Source: a virus
IMG/VR virus record: IMGVR_UViG_3300031673_000021
Span: 1 to 64,000 of that record
Strand: one strand, 5' to 3'
DNA: 64,000 nt
The stretch's first letter is position 1, and every line of letters begins with the position of its first letter. The notes beneath the pieces were generated by a model that was given only the letters and a program-made list of their open reading frames with translations, had not been told where the DNA came from and ran no database searches. The position numbers and the translations under genes were made by a program. Positions 33,629 to 43,546 of this stretch are shown piece by piece.

Positions 33629-34378
33629 CTATGCCGCCGGAATCGTCAACTTTTGATTGGGGAATATCAGGTTTGGATTCCTCAGTTTGTTGGCTGCAAC
33701 AATCTTGTTCACAAGGTTTGCCACCTGCGCATTCGTCGCCTGTTTCGGTAGATACTTCTTCGCAATGACCCACAAGTTGTCTCCGGACACTACGGTATAC
33801 TTGAATGGACTCGTCTGCTTCTGCTTCGCGGCCGTACCTGTTGCTTGACTTACCTTTTGCCCCGTTTGCGACTGAACAGACTTTGAATTCTGCCAGATGG
33901 ATTTAATCGGGTCATCAATCTTGGTCTGCGGTGCATTGGTCATGTAATCCTTGATCACGAGAAAGGTCTGCGAATAGTTGAGCGTAATCGGATCTGTTGG
34001 CGAACGTGTGAGCTGCAATTGGCCGATGGGTTTGACCTTCCATGCGCGACCAAAAGCGTCGTCGTAGATATTCAGGACAGGATTTTTCCCTTGCTGGTCC
34101 AGCGTGGCATACTGCATCAAAACGTCCTTGTACAGGTGTCGACCAGCCGTATCGCCGTCAATGGCCTGTCCATTCCACTTTCCTTGACCGCTATTGAAGG
34201 CGGTGGTTCCGGAAAGCTGGATCTGTTCAATACCAGGTCCGAAAACGTCTGTGTAAATGCCGGACAATGTCTGAACCACTGTCGTACGAAAGTCCTGACT
34301 CAGGTTTTGTGATGGATTGACAGGTAAAACCAATGTGTCATGGTTCATCTCGACGGATACAACGCCATTTGTGTTCAA
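33629..34378 (-). CDS. tail protein with C-terminal LysM domain (XkdP-like)
   Basis: C-terminal 'YTVVSGDNLWVIAKKY...IFPNQKLTIP' LysM. Confidence 0.65.
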   Translation of the reverse strand: MNTNGVVSVEMNHDTLVLPVNPSQNLSQDFRTTVVQTLSGIYTDVFGPGIEQIQLSGTTAFNSGQGKWNGQAIDGDTAGRHLYKDVLMQYATLDQQGKNPVLNIYDDAFGRAWKVKPIGQLQLTRSPTDPITLNYSQTFLVIKDYMTNAPQTKIDDPIKSIWQNSKSVQSQTGQKVSQATGTAAKQKQTSPFKYTVVSGDNLWVIAKKYLPKQATNAQVANLVNKIVAANKLRNPNLIFPNQKLTIPAA

Positions 34379-34389
34379 ACAAACACCTC

Positions 34390-35121
34390 CTAACCCGAAA
34401 AGACTTTGCTTGATCCGGTCTCAATGACTCCTGTAGATAGGTTTACCGTATCCCCTATCCTAGCCACCGCTTCTCCGCCCGATGCCGCTCCAAGGATGAT
34501 CGTTGGTGCATTCACTACAACGGTTCCCGAGAAGTTCATGGTCACATTAAATGTGTTTGCGGACGTTGCTGGTGTCCAGTTGGCGTTTTTCTGTGTCATG
34601 TCAACCGGTGTCGTACCTGGCGAAATCAGAATGTATCCGCCATCAGGAAAATGGACTTCAAAATCGCCTTCCTTGGTCGTGATGGAATAAACGCCGGATT
34701 CATGGACATCCACGCGATCCCCTACCGTATTCGACCGCGTATTCTGGTTGAGTGGATTGATAAACCCGAGTACCACGGGGCGCTGTGCGCGTCCGTTGAG
34801 GTGTCCTACAATGCACCATATATCCTGTTTCCCGCTGGTTAGAGGTTGATCGTACGTTCCCTGTGGAAATGGGATCGGGACCGCATGGTCTACGGTGGGA
34901 AAATAGGACATGCCAGTCTGAACACCCATGCTCCACGACATGACCGGGACGTTATGATACGTTCCACCCTGTCCATTCGCACCGTCGATGGCGATATCTA
35001 CCGTGCCGTTTTCCGGGTTTGAGGCGATGACTTTCCCCATGTATAGCAGGTGCGTATCCATGTACGGATTCTGGTACAGGTTCTTTCGTTGCTGCAACGA
35101 GGGGTCGATGGATGTCCTCAC
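34390..35121 (-). CDS. baseplate spike (gpV/Mu gp45-like)
   Basis: GTG 35121 with GAGGTG 6 nt upstream. 'GKVIASNPENGTVDIAIDG' OB-like start and C-terminal 'GDTVNLSTGVIETGSSKVFSG'. Confidence 0.55.
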   Translation of the reverse strand: MRTSIDPSLQQRKNLYQNPYMDTHLLYMGKVIASNPENGTVDIAIDGANGQGGTYHNVPVMSWSMGVQTGMSYFPTVDHAVPIPFPQGTYDQPLTSGKQDIWCIVGHLNGRAQRPVVLGFINPLNQNTRSNTVGDRVDVHESGVYSITTKEGDFEVHFPDGGYILISPGTTPVDMTQKNANWTPATSANTFNVTMNFSGTVVVNAPTIILGAASGGEAVARIGDTVNLSTGVIETGSSKVFSG

Positions 35122-35190
35122 AGCAAACACCTCATTCCAATGGCATAAATTCAAGAGTACAATGAGCGTGGGAAAATTTATGAAAGAAGG

Positions 35191-35649
35191 ATGATAACCG
35201 TGTCTTGGTGGGTATGGGTAATCGCAGGCACATTGATTGCGTTGTTGTTCGACTTTGCGCATAAGAACTCAAATCTTCGATATTTTTATTACGGCGGCAT
35301 TGTGACGGTAGTTGTCGCTGTTCTTGCGATGAATTATCTTGTGTTCGCACCAGTCAATGCTGAAAAGGAATTTTTGCATTTTGTCCCAAGTGGAGAACAG
35401 GGAGCTCCGCGTGATATGGAATACTTAGTTGACGAAGCCATGGCGCAATCCGGGTATTACAACACCGGATACATTCCGGGTAAAATTGTGGTAACACCCA
35501 ACGCCGATGGCAGTCACACCATTGACTGGACCATCAATGGAGAGGATTTTCGGTTCACCTTGTCTCCTGACGGGAACGGTTTGAAATACGAAAACTCTGC
35601 TGCCCAATCCATTGTGTGGTATGAATATGGAGCTACACCACCGAATTAA
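35191..35649 (+). CDS. two-TM membrane protein encoded antisense inside the baseplate operon
   Basis: 152 aa. TMs 'WWVWVIAGTLIALLF' and 'GGIVTVVVAVLAMNYLVF', then a soluble domain of about 90 aa. AAGAAGG SD (ATG 35191 or GTG 35200). Confidence 0.65.
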   Translation: MITVSWWVWVIAGTLIALLFDFAHKNSNLRYFYYGGIVTVVVAVLAMNYLVFAPVNAEKEFLHFVPSGEQGAPRDMEYLVDEAMAQSGYYNTGYIPGKIVVTPNADGSHTIDWTINGEDFRFTLSPDGNGLKYENSAAQSIVWYEYGATPPN

Positions 35650-36974
35650 CCTCCAGATGTTGCTGTGTTGCCGTGTGATGTCGGACCCGATGTATTGTTG
35701 TTGCTTTTGGACAGAGACAATGGCCTGCCACGGACAACTTGTAGTGATGTATCCCACCGCTGGAACTGTGTATATTGATGATTGACATCGGCAATGTAGA
35801 ACTCCGTATCCCAATCCTTTACCACGCCATATTTGCCGACCACATAATCCTCTCTTCCTTGCATCGTCATGTTTCCGGACTGGAACATGTTGTTTCCACT
35901 CATCACCTGTACAAGCCACTGGTTTAGCTCAGATGCAATTTGAATTGGATTCCCGCCAGTCGCTGCATTGACCCACGGCGTATCAATGATGAGCGGCCTT
36001 GTCCCATACAGGCTCTGGTTGTCCATGTTTACACCATTGCCAGAGTCGACCGCATATGCAGGCATTGTGATCTGCTGACTTTGAGACTGGTCTCCCCACG
36101 TCAGGTAATAGGTATATACATCGTTGTCGGTCCATCCGATGTTGTAGGACTGCATCTCTGCCGTTGGGAGGTTCAATTCTGGCTTCAGTTCGGTCCCTGG
36201 ACTTGGCGTGATACCAATGTAACTCCGATATGGGGTTACACGTGCATATAATGCTGGATAATCGGGATCATCACGCACAAACAATTCCCCAAACGGTGGA
36301 CTCACAAAATAGCTGAACAGGTTCCAAAAGGATCCTGTGTAACTCTGCACCATAGAACTTGACATCATGTAATCTGGCAAGTCTACGATGCGGACGAAAT
36401 TTGGGATGTTCGGAAGCCAGTGCTGGTGTAGCCCCTGAATGATTGGACCTACCATTGACCCGAACGTTTTGGTGAAAAAGTCCTGCAACGATGTCGCGGC
36501 AACAGGCAGTCCATAGTTCAGAACCAAACCAAGTCCGGCCGCTGCGTTTGCCATTTGTGGCGCATTGTTCTGCGTCCACAGGTACAACACCTGCCACTCC
36601 AACAACAACTTGGAGTAATCACGCCCCTGAATCAGCACTCGCGGTTCCATGGGACCGCCTGTATTCCCAATGCTAAAGGAGTGGCTTGCCGCATCGATGA
36701 ATCCGCGCATGATGATAGGCAATTCACCCTTGTGGGTACTTCCCGTTGCACTCGCCCGAATCTCCACATAGTCCATCGGTTGAATGTTTTGTGCCCAATC
36801 CACGCCGTTGTGCTTGGCGTCTGTCAATTGAATCGCGAAGGTGCCTTGTGGTTGAGTCAGCGACTTTGATGTCTGCCACGATATCAGGTCGCCGGTCAAA
36901 TTGTATTCTTCGCCTCTCCACGTCCATACTTTTACGGACGTTTTCGGTCGAAATTCGGTGTAGGTAAGCGTCAT
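35646..36974 (-). CDS. baseplate hub / late-control-D-like protein
   Basis: 442 aa with a 4-nt overlap with the tape-measure gene. Called by position and N-terminal pattern only. Confidence 0.5.
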   Translation of the reverse strand: MTLTYTEFRPKTSVKVWTWRGEEYNLTGDLISWQTSKSLTQPQGTFAIQLTDAKHNGVDWAQNIQPMDYVEIRASATGSTHKGELPIIMRGFIDAASHSFSIGNTGGPMEPRVLIQGRDYSKLLLEWQVLYLWTQNNAPQMANAAAGLGLVLNYGLPVAATSLQDFFTKTFGSMVGPIIQGLHQHWLPNIPNFVRIVDLPDYMMSSSMVQSYTGSFWNLFSYFVSPPFGELFVRDDPDYPALYARVTPYRSYIGITPSPGTELKPELNLPTAEMQSYNIGWTDNDVYTYYLTWGDQSQSQQITMPAYAVDSGNGVNMDNQSLYGTRPLIIDTPWVNAATGGNPIQIASELNQWLVQVMSGNNMFQSGNMTMQGREDYVVGKYGVVKDWDTEFYIADVNHQYTQFQRWDTSLQVVRGRPLSLSKSNNNTSGPTSHGNTATSGG

Positions 36975-39928
36975 GGACGAATCGCCCCCACCCCAGGAAT
37001 GACAACCTGATTGCCGGTCGCCTGCGCCTTGGTAGCATGCCTGGAAAGCGCCTGCTCAAAAGCCTGAGCCAACGCATTTACCCAACTTTGCACACCAGCG
37101 CCGTATGCTGCCGGATTGTCAGTCGCATACCCTTCCTGTGCCAGCATCTTCCCAACCACTTCTGGTGATGCACCATTCTTGGCTGCATTTCTGGCTGCAG
37201 CATACCTTGATTGATTGAGAACCTGAATATCAGCCTGCGCGAACTGATCAAGACTGCTGAAACCGGCGTACTTGCTGTCTTTCCCAGCCCCGTATTTACC
37301 AAATGGCTTAATTCCTGCGAAGTTCAGATTGTCAATGGCGGCTTGTGACTTCCCCCCATTACTTTCAAACCCCAATTCGCCGAGAATGGTGTTCGCCGGG
37401 ATTCCGGTCGCCTTAGATATTTGTTGCGCATAAGGCAGCATCTTTTTTGCAAAATCAGCCGATGATGCAGGTGCAGACCATCCCGACCCAAGCCCCAGCA
37501 TAGATGTAACACCGTTCCCGAGCACTTGGAGAATCGACGGTAATGTGGAACTGGAAAAACCACCGACAGAACCACTAGTGGGCGCATATGCAGTTCCAGC
37601 AGACAATGCATTTGACAACAAAGAACCACCCGCGCCGCCAGGCATTGTCACCTGGTTAATCTTCAGGTTGTCAATCGTCATCGTGCCGATATTGCTTGAC
37701 GAGCGTTGTTGTGATTGTTGCCGGACCTGTGATGTATGATCTGAAGCAGATGCGGCATGATGCCCGAACAAGTTGGCAATTCGACCGCCTGCCCATGAAC
37801 CAATCACGGAGCCTCCAATACTTGTAGCAACGTCAAGGCCAGGAACGGGAACCAATGCGCCAAGGAAGCCACCAATCCCGGCCCCGGCGCCAACGCCTGC
37901 TGCATGTCCCCATGTCCCACCGGTGGCCTTGTCAATACCTGCTGATGCGAGAGAACCGACAATAGGGATGCCTTTAGCCAATGGAGCAATTTTCGATAGT
38001 AGAGACGCATCGGAACCTGCCCACGAGCCGTCGAACGCCTTGAATGCTGCTCCGCCGGATGAACCAAACAGGCGACCAAGGAAACCACTCGCTGCCCCTA
38101 CATCCGATCCGGCCGTACCTGCCGCAGCACGAAGGCCGCCAGCGAGACTCCGACTTGCCAGTGTGCCTTTCAGCAAAGAACCACCATAGCGCATCCCAAG
38201 AAACATTCCGGCGATGTTCCCGAGTGGACCAAGTGCGTGTGTAGCCATCCCAAGAGGAGCTGTGGCATATCCCAGATCAGATTGACCAAGTTGATAATTT
38301 GCTGTCATCTGTTGCGACCGCCCAAACATCGAGTACCACGGAGTCTGGTTGCCTTGTGTGGAAGTGGCGGCATTGCCGAAGTTGCCACTGTTCTGCAAGA
38401 ACAGTTTTGCTTCATTGATATTTCCGCCGAAATATGGAGCAAGCATGAGAACCTGTTGATCTTGATTGAATCCGGAGTTCTTCATGTAGCCGTAGAGCGA
38501 ACTTCCGACGGTTGTGTGTGTACCTGGTACAAATGAGGATATGCCGCCCTGCTGTGCTGCAAGGATGTTTACAATGTCCTGCGAACCCAATTTCCCACCG
38601 AGTGTCTTCTGCATGGCAGCAAACAACATGCCTTGGGTATATCCACTGGCCCCCATGACGCCACTGTTCAGTTGTGAGAATAGTTGACCGCCACGCATAC
38701 CGCCCATGGTGTTGACGGATTGTGCGTACATTCCTGCGAAATATGTGGGGTTGTTCAACATTGCATTCTGAGACACAACACTGTTTGCAGACGACATCAA
38801 TCCTGTGTAGAACGGTCCCTGCCGACCTTGCATTCCCGCAGAAGTCGTCGCGTTATTCAACATCCCCTGAAACTGTGTCGGAGAAAGTGTTGCGCCATAT
38901 CCCTGCGTCAATCCGAGTGTGGCTGAAGTCGCCATAATCTGTGCAGACTGTGACGGACTGAGGCCATTCATGTACCCAAATTGTGCCGTGGAACCCACAA
39001 GACTTGCAATGTTTTGCTGTGTCAGGTTCCCAAAGGATTGTGTCAACATCTGTGCCGACTGAGCGGATTGTTGTAAAGTCTGCCCAAACTGCGCTCCCGC
39101 GGTTGAAATGGCCTGACGAAATGCTTCTACATTCGTTGCTGTGGTACTCAGTGAATGTGACAACGCGTCAATAGGACTGCTTGACTGTTGCCACAGGTTA
39201 GATCCTTGTTTGAATTGATCAACGCCGTACATTACGGCTCCGCCCATGGTGACCCACGGCAAATACTTCTTCGCGGCTCCCCCGACTGCAGCACCAAACC
39301 CCATTGCAGACGAAGGAGGAATTCCACCACCGCCACCTGCTCCACCCGCAGATGCTGGAGCACCGAGTTGTGGTCCATATTGACGATAAAAGTTACTGAT
39401 TGCCGTGTTGTCCGACTGAGAGTTAAACGCTGCCTGTGCGTAGGCGCCACGAATTTCGCCTGGCATCGTATGCACATTGGAAGACAATCCAGCAAACCAG
39501 CCATTCATAGCCGATTCGCTCATGGGTGCAGAGGTTGTTGGAACGGTTGTAAGCATGGGCCGCGGACGTCGTCCAGGACCGCCAAATAGCTTGTTCTGAA
39601 ATCCTGTCGTCATTTGCGACAATACGCCCGCTTCGGGTTCGTAGACTTGTTGATACCATTGGTACAACCCTTGCGGCGTATTGAGGTCATATTTTGGAGC
39701 ACCATTGCTGGCGCGTTGCCTTCGTTGGGGTGTGCCTGTGTTCGCTGGATTTACCGTTCCACCCCCGGAAGCGGTAGCGGTATACATGGATGCCGGTTGC
39801 ATCCGCGCAAACGTTGCGCTGATACTCCGTGCCTTGCGATCAATCTCATCAAGGAGAGTAGACATCTGCCGGAATCCCGACAAATCAGCACTCGTAGTAA
39901 CTCGGTAATTGGCCTCCACTATTCCCAC
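36971..39928 (-). CDS. tape measure protein with C-terminal GH73 glucosaminidase-like domain
   Basis: 985 aa, Gly/Ala/Ser/Gln-rich, positioned after the chaperone genes. C-terminal 'ILGELGFESNGGKSQAAIDNLNFAGIKPFG' resembles the FlgJ/GH73 motif. Confidence 0.85.
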   Translation of the reverse strand: MGIVEANYRVTTSADLSGFRQMSTLLDEIDRKARSISATFARMQPASMYTATASGGGTVNPANTGTPQRRQRASNGAPKYDLNTPQGLYQWYQQVYEPEAGVLSQMTTGFQNKLFGGPGRRPRPMLTTVPTTSAPMSESAMNGWFAGLSSNVHTMPGEIRGAYAQAAFNSQSDNTAISNFYRQYGPQLGAPASAGGAGGGGGIPPSSAMGFGAAVGGAAKKYLPWVTMGGAVMYGVDQFKQGSNLWQQSSSPIDALSHSLSTTATNVEAFRQAISTAGAQFGQTLQQSAQSAQMLTQSFGNLTQQNIASLVGSTAQFGYMNGLSPSQSAQIMATSATLGLTQGYGATLSPTQFQGMLNNATTSAGMQGRQGPFYTGLMSSANSVVSQNAMLNNPTYFAGMYAQSVNTMGGMRGGQLFSQLNSGVMGASGYTQGMLFAAMQKTLGGKLGSQDIVNILAAQQGGISSFVPGTHTTVGSSLYGYMKNSGFNQDQQVLMLAPYFGGNINEAKLFLQNSGNFGNAATSTQGNQTPWYSMFGRSQQMTANYQLGQSDLGYATAPLGMATHALGPLGNIAGMFLGMRYGGSLLKGTLASRSLAGGLRAAAGTAGSDVGAASGFLGRLFGSSGGAAFKAFDGSWAGSDASLLSKIAPLAKGIPIVGSLASAGIDKATGGTWGHAAGVGAGAGIGGFLGALVPVPGLDVATSIGGSVIGSWAGGRIANLFGHHAASASDHTSQVRQQSQQRSSSNIGTMTIDNLKINQVTMPGGAGGSLLSNALSAGTAYAPTSGSVGGFSSSTLPSILQVLGNGVTSMLGLGSGWSAPASSADFAKKMLPYAQQISKATGIPANTILGELGFESNGGKSQAAIDNLNFAGIKPFGKYGAGKDSKYAGFSSLDQFAQADIQVLNQSRYAAARNAAKNGASPEVVGKMLAQEGYATDNPAAYGAGVQSWVNALAQAFEQALSRHATKAQATGNQVVIPGVGAIRP

Positions 39929-40092
39929 CCCACTTCCTTCGGTGTGATCGGCGTTCCTTGCTGTTGTTGTTTAATCAGTTCCCGCGCCTTGGCGAGGAAA
40001 TCCTTGCTGGGCCCAAGCGGTTTATCTCCGCTCAGAATCTGCCTCAACTCAAAAAAGGCCATGACCTCCAATTCGAAGTCATAGCGAGTCAT
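39919..40092 (-). CDS. 57-aa ORF between the chaperone and tape-measure genes
   Basis: MTRYDFELEVMAFFELRQILSGDKPLGPSKDFLAKARELIKQQQQGTPITPKEVGWE. Overlaps the tape-measure GTG start by 10 nt, in the same position as the small gene in PBSX-like tail modules. Confidence 0.4.
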   Translation of the reverse strand: MTRYDFELEVMAFFELRQILSGDKPLGPSKDFLAKARELIKQQQQGTPITPKEVGWE

Positions 40093-40156
40093 ATCCCTTA
40101 GGCGTTCGTCGTGCGCGGGAACATGCCAGAGAAATCGGTACAGAAACTCCCATTCA

Positions 40157-40480
40157 CTAGCCTTGCTGTGGATCCACTGTTCCTTGTTTTGCTGCCACTG
40201 GCTTTCGAAAGGAGTCGATCCATTTGGTTACCTCTTCCGAAACCTGATCCATAACATAGGCGGGGAGTTTTCCAAAGTCCGTATCCTCCGGGCCTGCGCA
40301 CAGATGATTGAGTAGAGCAATGTTCTGCGAGTATCCGAAGCCAAACGTAAGACCTTCCGTGACTCCTTGACGAAGATTCCTTGCTTCTACGTCGATTTGC
40401 ACGTAGTCCATGGAACTCGGGTAGCGGAAGGTATAGGTGACGCCATCAAGACCGGTAATTTGTTTGCGCGTTGGATCCAT
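40157..40480 (-). CDS. tail assembly chaperone
   Basis: 107-aa ORF between the tube and tape-measure genes. Called by position. Confidence 0.5.
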   Translation of the reverse strand: MDPTRKQITGLDGVTYTFRYPSSMDYVQIDVEARNLRQGVTEGLTFGFGYSQNIALLNHLCAGPEDTDFGKLPAYVMDQVSEEVTKWIDSFRKPVAAKQGTVDPQQG

Positions 40481-40499
40481 GTGTTATCGTCCTCCTAAA

Positions 40500-40949
40500 T
40501 TAGGTCCATGCTTGTGTATCACGTGCGATCCATGACAGGTTGTAGGTGACAATGTCCGTTCCAGGCACCTGTATGGCATCCTGGTTGTACTTTGCTTCCC
40601 GTACGTAGTAAGCGGTGTCGCCGGTCTGCTGATCAACAATCGCGATGTCGTATGACCCTGCATAGACTTCATCTGCCAAAGAACCGCTTGGAGCCAGTCC
40701 CTGTGCAGCCATGGATGGTGCAGAGTTTGATTGTCCCTGAAGCGGGACCATGTTCGTTGCGGTAACTGTGACCGATGCCTGCGTCACTGGCTGATCGATC
40801 AGGAGTGGTCCACCAACGCCATAGACAGGTCGACGGTTGACGGAGCGAGTCACGGAAATGGTCTCGCAAAAGCCAACCACCTTAGCGTTGATTACGATGT
40901 ATACGTTATTGCCGGTATATACCGGTGCGTATTGCGTTTGAGTTGGCAA
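40500..40949 (-). CDS. tail tube protein
   Basis: 149-aa ORF directly after the sheath gene, with beta-rich composition. Confidence 0.6.
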   Translation of the reverse strand: MPTQTQYAPVYTGNNVYIVINAKVVGFCETISVTRSVNRRPVYGVGGPLLIDQPVTQASVTVTATNMVPLQGQSNSAPSMAAQGLAPSGSLADEVYAGSYDIAIVDQQTGDTAYYVREAKYNQDAIQVPGTDIVTYNLSWIARDTQAWT

Positions 40950-40961
40950 TTAATTCCCTCC

Positions 40962-42671
40962 TTACGCCGAGACCGACACAGTGGTCGGTGTGATGGAGAG
41001 GACAATGTAATTCACCGGCACGTCAAACGCAGCTTGAGCCGTACCAGAAATCTGGTCGCCAGAACCCTGCATATTGACATCCGACGATTGTGGCTTTGCA
41101 GCCAGATAGCCGCGGTCATACCAATACGTGAGCCGCGACAGAACCGCTGCCTTTGCACCACCGACGGTGATTACGGTCATCGGCTGGCTAACATAGGTTT
41201 TGAGAATCTGGTTGAGGTCTGTCGTGATGATGTCAGCTACGAGACCCGTAGAATTCTCCACCTTGTCGTAATTGGTGTTCTGAAGCCATGTCGTGCGGTC
41301 ATGACTAACAACCACCTTGCCCGTATCATCCGTGTAAAGAACACAGACACCGCCATTCAAAGCCGTTGATACGGTGGAAGGTGCAACCGTCTGACCCATG
41401 CCGTTCGAGTTGACTGTATGCAGCGTAAGTGATTGAGAAGCAGGTGTTGCCGCCCTCATGCCCATCAATTTTGCGGCGACGAGATACGGCGCAAACGTGG
41501 TCTGATTGCCGTTGTAGTCGACACCTTTTTGCTCAGGCCACACAATCGTTGTCCGATTGCTGTTGATGCTTGATGCATAGGACGTTTCGGTTGCAATCGT
41601 TTGACCTGTGGTATCTCCCACATACCCACGCCGTGGCTGGCCAATAGAGGCCATGTAATGGCAGTGTGTGTCATTCATTACCCACATCGACTCGGACGAA
41701 GAGACCGGGGCGATGAGTTGTACACCCGTGATACTTTGTGCGGTCGTATAGGCATTCTGCCAGTCGGAATTGGCGGCGCTTGGCGTTGTGCCTCCGGTTG
41801 CATACGTCCATGTTCCAGCCGTTGCGAGAGAGGTTGCACCCGTCTGCCTTGTGGCGGTGAAGTACGCATTCTGTTGGTTGAACCAGCGCACAGCAGCTGT
41901 CACATTGGCAGAAAAAACGGTTGGCGTAGCCGATAAGAGAGACACAACTACTGCAGACACATTGTCAAACAGGGCACCCGTTGGATCCTGCGTGTTCGGG
42001 TCAAGAACGGTCGCAGTAAATCCGAGCAACTGATTAATCTGGTTGACCAGTTGCTGCACCGTCGTGCTGCTGTCCAGCGTAATGGTAGCAATCGTGGGTG
42101 TGGTCGTGCCGTTGATGGTCAACGTCGTATCCGTGATGGTGATGGTTACGTTTGTGTCCGCACCTGTGTAGTAGACATTGAACACCGGAAGTGCAATGTT
42201 GTCCTGTGAACTCGTCGGGTACGTTTGACTGCCGGGTCCGACAAAGTCCGTTGCCTGACTGACCTTGTACCCCGCTGTCGTGCCTGCTTGTACCTGCCAC
42301 TTGGATGAATTAGCGATCGTTCCGTAACTCATCGTGGTTAGTGCGATCTGCGCCACTGCACTACCGTTGTTAATGCTGCTGGTGGCCTGTGTTGCCAGTT
42401 CGGGGCGAATGGCCACCAACTGGCTTGGACCCGACGTTCCCGCGCCATCAAATGCGTTCAGCACAGCCTGCAGCAGGTCTCCGCCCTTAAGGACAGATAC
42501 TGCTTGTCCGGGGCTAGAGAGAGTCAACTGCGTATTTGGCTGTCCATCGGTAGCGGGACCAATAAAAATGACCCCGAGTCCACCTACGTTCGTCTGACCG
42601 CTGAATCCCTGGTCATTGACGACGACAGATGTTCCCGGAGCCGACATGTACACACCATTAATGTACGGCAT
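40962..42671 (-). CDS. contractile tail sheath protein
   Basis: 569 aa. The N-terminus 'INGVYMSAPGTSVVV...VIFIGPATDG' resembles sheath proteins, and it sits upstream of the tube gene. Confidence 0.75.
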   Translation of the reverse strand: MPYINGVYMSAPGTSVVVNDQGFSGQTNVGGLGVIFIGPATDGQPNTQLTLSSPGQAVSVLKGGDLLQAVLNAFDGAGTSGPSQLVAIRPELATQATSSINNGSAVAQIALTTMSYGTIANSSKWQVQAGTTAGYKVSQATDFVGPGSQTYPTSSQDNIALPVFNVYYTGADTNVTITITDTTLTINGTTTPTIATITLDSSTTVQQLVNQINQLLGFTATVLDPNTQDPTGALFDNVSAVVVSLLSATPTVFSANVTAAVRWFNQQNAYFTATRQTGATSLATAGTWTYATGGTTPSAANSDWQNAYTTAQSITGVQLIAPVSSSESMWVMNDTHCHYMASIGQPRRGYVGDTTGQTIATETSYASSINSNRTTIVWPEQKGVDYNGNQTTFAPYLVAAKLMGMRAATPASQSLTLHTVNSNGMGQTVAPSTVSTALNGGVCVLYTDDTGKVVVSHDRTTWLQNTNYDKVENSTGLVADIITTDLNQILKTYVSQPMTVITVGGAKAAVLSRLTYWYDRGYLAAKPQSSDVNMQGSGDQISGTAQAAFDVPVNYIVLSITPTTVSVSA

Positions 42672-42687
42672 CTAGCACGACACCTCC

Positions 42688-42924
42688 TTACTTGGGTATG
42701 AAGTTTTCAAACTGGAGCAGGTCTGCTTTCCATTCTTCGAGCGTTTTCTTGAATTCGTTCACCTTCTTCTTGGCGTAGGCAAATGCAGCGAGAAGTTCAC
42801 GCTTACTTTTTGCCTCCATTGCGTTCAAAAAGTCGTCGAGGTAGATTTCATCCCGAACCACAGATGGCTTTGCAGAGGTCTTCTGCACGTCTGTTTCCGT
42901 GGTCTCAGGTTGCGTCTTTGGCAT
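42688..42924 (-). CDS. hypothetical virion-module protein
   Basis: 78-aa lysine-rich helical ORF upstream of the sheath gene. Confidence 0.45.
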   Translation of the reverse strand: MPKTQPETTETDVQKTSAKPSVVRDEIYLDDFLNAMEAKSKRELLAAFAYAKKKVNEFKKTLEEWKADLLQFENFIPK

Positions 42925-42943
42925 CTCTCACCAACCTCCTTCC

Positions 42944-43546
42944 CTAATTGTTGGCGGTAAGCGTTACAGTAGCGCTGGTTACGGATGCAACAGGAAGAGG
43001 TGTCCATGTATCCATGTGCTGACAGGTTACGTTGACGGTACGTTCAAACGGAAACACGATGTCTTTCATACTGTCCGGAACTGGCCGCAGGGCGCCCATC
43101 GACAAACGTTGATTCATCAGTCCATAGGTGTTCTCCAGCGTCTGTCGCTGCATTTCAAGCGCCCACCGCACAAGTGCCTGCATCCATAAAAGCCAATTCT
43201 GATTTGGGCCAAACACATGCACTGCGTACAATGCTTCGAATGTTGTCCCATACTCATAGTTGGTGGATGTCTGCTGCATGACGGTGCCAACAAACCTTCG
43301 TGTAGCTACTTCCTGACTTGGCTCCATCGTGATGGCAATCTGCGGTGCCTTGGTGGGAGAGAGACTATACCCTACCTGAATCGCTACCTGATTGGCAGCA
43401 TTTGTCCACCAGTCGGTGATCTGTGTCTGGTTTGTCGTAGTCTCCTGTGCATAGATGTCTGGCACAAACGCGCTCAGGTTCTGACGAAATAGAGTCAGAG
43501 CATCGCTGATGACGGTCTCTATCGAGCGTTCGGCGAGAATAACCAT
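42944..43546 (-). CDS. neck/tail-completion protein (unassigned)
   Basis: 200-aa ORF in the head-tail joining block. Confidence 0.5.
   Translation of the reverse strand: MVILAERSIETVISDALTLFRQNLSAFVPDIYAQETTTNQTQITDWWTNAANQVAIQVGYSLSPTKAPQIAITMEPSQEVATRRFVGTVMQQTSTNYEYGTTFEALYAVHVFGPNQNWLLWMQALVRWALEMQRQTLENTYGLMNQRLSMGALRPVPDSMKDIVFPFERTVNVTCQHMDTWTPLPVASVTSATVTLTANN

Noticed and set aside
40098-40301. An alternative-frame 67-aa ORF overlapping the 3' half of the tail chaperone gene, considered as a programmed frameshift (G/GT-like) extension.
   Set aside because: I could not find a slippery heptamer near the end of the 107-aa ORF, and the alternative frame translates to Arg/Gly-rich nonsense. 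A separate 57-aa ORF (39919-40092) fills the gap instead. A frameshift is not excluded but is unsupported.
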